DNA of 64,000 bases from Candidatus Poribacteria bacterium (GTDB taxonomy: Bacteria > Poribacteria > WGA-4E > WGA-3G), in NCBI GenBank assembly GCA_965242965.1, contig OZ251518.1, positions 3,936,001 through 4,000,000 of the forward strand. Direction: 5' to 3'. The number at the start of each line of letters is the position of its first letter. Position 1 is the stretch's first letter. The notes beneath the pieces were generated by a model that did not search any database, was not told where the DNA came from, and was given only the letters and a program-made list of their open reading frames with translations. Made by a program: the position numbers and the translations under genes. Of this stretch, positions 59,507-64,000 are shown piece by piece.

Positions 59507-61771
59507 TCAATTCTTCAACGCCTCCACCCAGTGCAAAATTTCTTCCCGATTGCGGACATCGTTGCGGGCCAAGGCGGTTCCCGTTTCAATCAAAAGCGCA
59601 TGGAGAGACTCGCGTTTGCCTTTCAATGCTAATGCATATTTTTCCTTCGCCGCGTCTAACTGCTTCCGGTGCATCAAACAGATTGCCGCGGTGCACCGCA
59701 CCCGAACGAGGATATCCGCGTCCGATTTGTCAGAACGCCGAGCTAACTGCGATTCCAACGATAGCAGATTCCAGAAGGCAGGCATATTGAGCCGGTCGCG
59801 TTGGAAAACCTGCTCAAATCCTGTCAACGCCTTCGTGAATTCGCCTTGCATCAAATAGAGATAGGCGATGGTATTGTCAATGTGAACATCCCTGTCGGCT
59901 TTCGGAATCGCCTCGAATTCGGTGAGGGCGGCGGCGTATTTCCGCTGCTGCATGCGTTCGTTGCCGCGTCGGATGTGCAGGTTCATCAGTTCGGCTTTCG
60001 CCTGTGGATTCTGCGGTTCTTGCGCCAGCACACGCGCGAGTTCTGCATCGGCGCGTTTGTCATCGCCCGCGCCTTGATACGCCTGCACGAGACTGAGACG
60101 GAGATTCAGGTCTTCCGGAACAATGCGGAGTGCCGCTGTCAAATGTTGGATGGCTGCATCGTAACGTTCCTGCTGGATGAGACTTCGGGCATAGTGATGA
60201 TAGGCGGCGATGAGGTTATGTTGCACCCATTCGGCGTTCGGCGTGGCGTTGTAAACCTTCTGAAACGCCGCCAGTGCCGCCGCATAATCACCTTTTTTGA
60301 GATAGAGTTCGCCAAGCAGGCTATGTCCCTGCGTATCGTTCGGCTGGAGTTTCACCACCTCTTGATACGCCGCAATCGCCGCGTCCACCTTCCCTGTCTC
60401 CCGATAGACATGTCCCTTTTGCGAGTATGCATCGATGAGATTCTTGCGCGCGATGTCAAACGTCGGCAGCACCTCCAAAGCGTTCCGATATGCATCGATG
60501 GCCGCGTCCCACAGTTTTCGGTTTCTCAGCGCGACACCGAAGTTGTTATAGCACTGCGCCAGGGCGCGCTGCATCACCGCGTCGACAGGGTTCATCTCCC
60601 GTGCCTTCAGGTAATAGCCGATTGCCTTTTCATACTCGCCGACCTGCGCGTAGCCGTTGCCCATCAGTTGATACGTGGGGGCATCGAGGGGTTTGAGCCG
60701 CAGTGCCTTCTCAAACGCCGCCGTCGCAGTGTCAAAGTCCCTGTCCGCCAACGCTTTGAACGCCTTTTCGCGTAGGAGTTGATGCAAGTTTCGCCTTGCG
60801 GCTTTATGATGCGGTTCAATGTCCAATGCGTTCTCAAACGCAAGCATTGCGCGCTCGTTCTCCTTTTGCTCGTAATAGAAAATGCCGAGGGTGTTATAGT
60901 CTGCCGGCGACGGTTTTAGCGTAATCCGTTTCTTAAGCAGTTCGATCGCTTCAAAAACCTGTCCCGTTTTTTGATAGGCTTGCACCAATTTCTCTATCGC
61001 CGGGCGGAAGTTGGGATTAAGGCGGCGACATGTCTGGAAGCAGTCAATCGCCGCTGCGATATTGCCTTTATCGAAGTAGACAGTGCCTAGCAGATAATGC
61101 GTTCGTAAATTCCTCGGCTTCCGCAAGATTTCTTCTTTCAGCAGTTTCATCGCGATGTCGTGCTGCGGCGTATCCAGCGGCGTGTTATAGAGTCTCAGCA
61201 ACGTTGCGATGTCACGTTCGGTAGGCTGCTGCGCTGTCGCCGTCGGATAGTTGATGTCGGCGGGGTGTGGGCTGTGTCCCCAGAGTCCGAGGGCGTGTCC
61301 AAATTCGTGGAGACAGACGGTGCGCATCTCTTCCTGCGTCAGTTCCCCGATAGAGCCATCTCCCTCTAACATCAGGATAACCTCCACCTTAAACCCTTGA
61401 GTGGCGTTCAGGCGTGTCAGTTCCGCGCTTCCGAGCCGCGTATCCTGAATGTCCATGAGGCTGCTATGTCCCCAGCTGACGCGGATGTCCGCCTGTTCTG
61501 GGGTTTCTGTTTCTTCAAAACGGATGGTTTCAGGTGCGGCGTTTTCCCATTCGTCCATGGCGTATCGGAGTTCGGGGAGATAGGGGCTCTCCAACAAAAT
61601 CGGCGAGATGTAGACACGGATGGGCATCTCCGTGAAGCGCGTAATTCTGCCATCAGAGAAGAGCGTGATGTGGTCGAAATAGTCTGTTTCTGGCGCGGCG
61701 AAGGTTGAACCTGCCGCTGCTATCGCGATGAGGGTAATGGTGAGCATGCTGGTTAGGGTTTTTAGGGACAT
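59507..61771 (-). CDS. Secreted matrixin-like zinc metalloprotease with long TPR array
   Basis: Signal peptide; HEFGHALGLWGHS; more than 12 TPR units. Confidence 0.88.
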   Translation of the reverse strand: MSLKTLTSMLTITLIAIAAAGSTFAAPETDYFDHITLFSDGRITRFTEMPIRVYISPILLESPYLPELRYAMDEWENAAPETIRFEETETPEQADIRVSWGHSSLMDIQDTRLGSAELTRLNATQGFKVEVILMLEGDGSIGELTQEEMRTVCLHEFGHALGLWGHSPHPADINYPTATAQQPTERDIATLLRLYNTPLDTPQHDIAMKLLKEEILRKPRNLRTHYLLGTVYFDKGNIAAAIDCFQTCRRLNPNFRPAIEKLVQAYQKTGQVFEAIELLKKRITLKPSPADYNTLGIFYYEQKENERAMLAFENALDIEPHHKAARRNLHQLLREKAFKALADRDFDTATAAFEKALRLKPLDAPTYQLMGNGYAQVGEYEKAIGYYLKAREMNPVDAVMQRALAQCYNNFGVALRNRKLWDAAIDAYRNALEVLPTFDIARKNLIDAYSQKGHVYRETGKVDAAIAAYQEVVKLQPNDTQGHSLLGELYLKKGDYAAALAAFQKVYNATPNAEWVQHNLIAAYHHYARSLIQQERYDAAIQHLTAALRIVPEDLNLRLSLVQAYQGAGDDKRADAELARVLAQEPQNPQAKAELMNLHIRRGNERMQQRKYAAALTEFEAIPKADRDVHIDNTIAYLYLMQGEFTKALTGFEQVFQRDRLNMPAFWNLLSLESQLARRSDKSDADILVRVRCTAAICLMHRKQLDAAKEKYALALKGKRESLHALLIETGTALARNDVRNREEILHWVEALKN

Positions 61772-61848
61772 AAGGTTGTCTCCGTTATTGTATTGTGATG
61801 AGAGAGTTTAACATATTGCGCGTTAAAAAGTCTTGATTTCTTTCTTCG

Positions 61849-62343
61849 GGTAGGAGAGACCTCCTGGTCTCGATGCAATGGGGCGGCGGCGGCAGAAAGC
61901 CCCTTCATCGTAGGGCGAGGGCCCTCGGATGCCACACGCGCATGCGAGCGGGTTTCCCTCGCCATGCTGCGATCGCGGGGGACAGGCCCCCGCGCTACGG
62001 TGAAAAAAACGGTTCCCTTCACCGTAGGGCGAGGGCCTGTCCCTCGCCATCGTTTTGCTGCCAGACCCCTTCACACACATCGTGACGATGGAGTTCGCGG
62101 GGGACAGGCCCCCGCGCTACGATGGAAAAAACATGCCGATTACCGTAGGGCGAGGGCCTGTCCCTCGCCATCGTTTTGCTGCCAGAACCCTTCACCTCTG
62201 TAGGTCAGGATCGCCCGATCCTGACCCGTTCGGGATTAGGCGATCCCGAACTACAGCGGTGGGCCCGATGCCTTCCGGTAGGAGAAACATCAAGACAAGG
62301 AAGTCTCTCCTATCGGGAAGGCATTGATATATGAAACATCCTC
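61849..62343. repeat. REP cluster ending in TATGAAACATCCTC, flanked by a 22-bp direct repeat
   Basis: Motif at 62330-62343; taacatattgcgcgttaaaaag at 61809-61830 and 62353-62374. Confidence 0.85.
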
Positions 62344-62449
62344 AATAAAGTCTAACATATTGCGCGTTAAAAAGCAAGGGCATTTTCATCTTCGATTTTG
62401 GAAATGCAATTGTCTATAAGCAGATTAGAAGGTGTCAAGGCGTTAAGAT

Positions 62450-64000
62450 TCAGGGCGTAACATCCCGCGCGCAACGAAAACCGATGAGGCCGTTCGCGTT
62501 CGTCGGCGAAAACCTGCCGCGAGGGGCGACGCGCAAGTTCTGTGCTGAATTGGGCCAACCGCCGCCGCGCAACACGCGCGAGGTTGTAACGTTTTGGTAA
62601 TTCGTCATCACTTCCGTTAGGGTCATCTCGCTGGCGAGCGGATTCCGCCGCGGCGAACGCGTATAGAAATCCGCCTCATACGCATCAAGGCACCACTCCC
62701 ACACATTCCCAGCCATGTCGTATAACCCATACCCATTCGGCGCATACATGCCAACCGGCGTTGTCAGCGGAGTAGGACTTCGGATAGACTTACCGTAGTT
62801 TGCCTTGCTAGCATCAATGCTGTAACCCCACGGGTATTTCTCATCCACCAAGCCGCCGCGTGCGGCTTTCTCCCATTCTGCCTCTGTCGGGAGCCGTTTC
62901 CCGGCCCACTGCGCGTACGCCATCGCCGCATACCAACTCACATACACCACCGGGTGGTTCCCTTTCCCACTCGGATAACTGTTACCACTCCAATCTTGGA
63001 GGTAGAGTCCACTGCGGTATTTTTTCGGAATCCGGTTTTTCTGCCACGGTGGGTTTGCATCGACAAACGCCTTGAACTGCGCATTCGTGACTTCGTATTT
63101 ATCAATGTAGAATGCATCGACGTAAACGGTATGTACGGGTTTTTCATTGTCTTCTGCGTCGCTGTCGTTGCTGCCCATTTGGAAGTCGCCGGCGGGAATC
63201 CGCACCATCTCCGTGCCATCTTTCCCAAGAATCGTCGATGTGTGCGCGCCTTGCTGAGGAATTGCTTGTTTCTCCAATTGGACATCCCGCTGCCCCTCCT
63301 GACCTCCTTGTGTAACAGCCCGCGCGCAACGAAAACCGATGTAGACGCTCAAGTTCGCCGGCGTAAACCTGTTGCGATTGGCGACGCGCAAGTCCCGCGC
63401 TGTAAGGCCCCAACTGCCGCCGCGCAACACGCGCGAGGTTGTAACGTTAACGTTTTGGTAATTCGTCATCAGTTCTGTCATGTTCATCTCGCCGGCGAGC
63501 GGATTTTGAGGCTGCGAACGCGCGTAGAAACCCTCCTCATGCGCATCAAGGCACCACTCCCACACATTGCCGGCCATGTCGTATAACCCATACCTATTCG
63601 GCGCGTACGTGCCAACCTGCGTTGTGTTTCCAACATCCTTGTTGTAGTTTGCTTGGCTGGTGTCAATTGCATTCCCCCATGGGTATTTCTTGTCCACCAA
63701 GCCGCCACGGGCCGCTTTCTCCCACTCTGCCTCTGTCGGGAGCCGTTTGCCGGCCCACTGCGCATACGCCATCGCCGCATACCAACTCACATACCTCACC
63801 GGATGGTTCCCTTTCCCACTCGGATAACTGTTCCCACTCCAATCTTGGAGGTAGTTTCCACTGTGGTATTTTTGCGGAATCCGGTTTTTCTGCCACTGGG
63901 GGTTTGCATCGACAAACGTCTTGAACTGCGCGTTCGTCACCTCGTAGGTATCAATGTAGAACGCATCCACATAGACGGTATGCGCGGGTTTTTCATCGTC
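62450..64000 (-). CDS. Tandem FGE-sulfatase (SUMF1 / CLec-fold) domain protein, 5'-truncated by window; probable DGR target
   Basis: Two domains, each with YEVTNAQF, HPV..VSW..A, RLPTEAEWEKAARGG, GLYDMAGNVWEW, RVLRGG.W...GFRCAR; no catalytic FGE cysteines. Confidence 0.9.
   Translation of the reverse strand, partial: DDEKPAHTVYVDAFYIDTYEVTNAQFKTFVDANPQWQKNRIPQKYHSGNYLQDWSGNSYPSGKGNHPVRYVSWYAAMAYAQWAGKRLPTEAEWEKAARGGLVDKKYPWGNAIDTSQANYNKDVGNTTQVGTYAPNRYGLYDMAGNVWEWCLDAHEEGFYARSQPQNPLAGEMNMTELMTNYQNVNVTTSRVLRGGSWGLTARDLRVANRNRFTPANLSVYIGFRCARAVTQGGQEGQRDVQLEKQAIPQQGAHTSTILGKDGTEMVRIPAGDFQMGSNDSDAEDNEKPVHTVYVDAFYIDKYEVTNAQFKAFVDANPPWQKNRIPKKYRSGLYLQDWSGNSYPSGKGNHPVVYVSWYAAMAYAQWAGKRLPTEAEWEKAARGGLVDEKYPWGYSIDASKANYGKSIRSPTPLTTPVGMYAPNGYGLYDMAGNVWEWCLDAYEADFYTRSPRRNPLASEMTLTEVMTNYQNVTTSRVLRGGGWPNSAQNLRVAPRGRFSPTNANGLIGFRCARDVTP

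Noticed and set aside
59801-60775. Long antisense ORFs (also 11394-12230, 13817-14680, 33590-34300, 62954-63586)
   Set aside because: They are shadows of well-supported genes on the opposite strand.
62375-62449. DGR template repeat or IMH hairpin downstream of the FGE gene
   Set aside because: No third copy of the variable region and no clear GC-rich hairpin was found here or elsewhere in the window.
62450-64000. True formylglycine-generating enzyme that matures the sulfatase at 31380
   Set aside because: It lacks the catalytic cysteine pair after RGGS; the segment is instead hypervariable.

Overview
Bacterial chromosomal window, GC-rich by eye. It is most consistent with Candidatus Poribacteria; this is an inference from secreted proteins ending in a 'PV-x-x-x-x-K/R-L/M-x-T-T-W/F-G-x-L/V-K' tail, a PhyH dioxygenase, a sulfatase, many TPR proteins and dense palindromic intergenic repeats. 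It holds about 45 CDS. These include housekeeping genes (purH, aroK, aroB, murB, ackA, ogt, aapJQMP), a doubled NfeD/FloA flotillin operon, a peptidoglycan amidase-epimerase pair, a 1368-aa Ig/lamin-tail surface protein and a fused type IIG/IIL restriction-modification gene. No rRNA, tRNA, CRISPR array or intact transposase was seen. Main leads: (1) a tandem FGE-sulfatase (CLec-fold) protein whose two domain ends differ in an adenine-centred, codon-position-1/2 pattern typical of diversity-generating retroelement (DGR) targets, one of them internal; (2) clusters of GTAG-type REP palindromes bracketed by a 14-bp IS-like terminal repeat, with an exact 8-bp target-site duplication in one case; (3) an uncharacterised four-gene pseudo-symmetric membrane module (FN3-DUF6754-like); (4) a ~620-nt hairpin-rich leader; (5) a nuclease-less triple Mrr-N protein. 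All family assignments are from motif recognition by eye; no database search was run.
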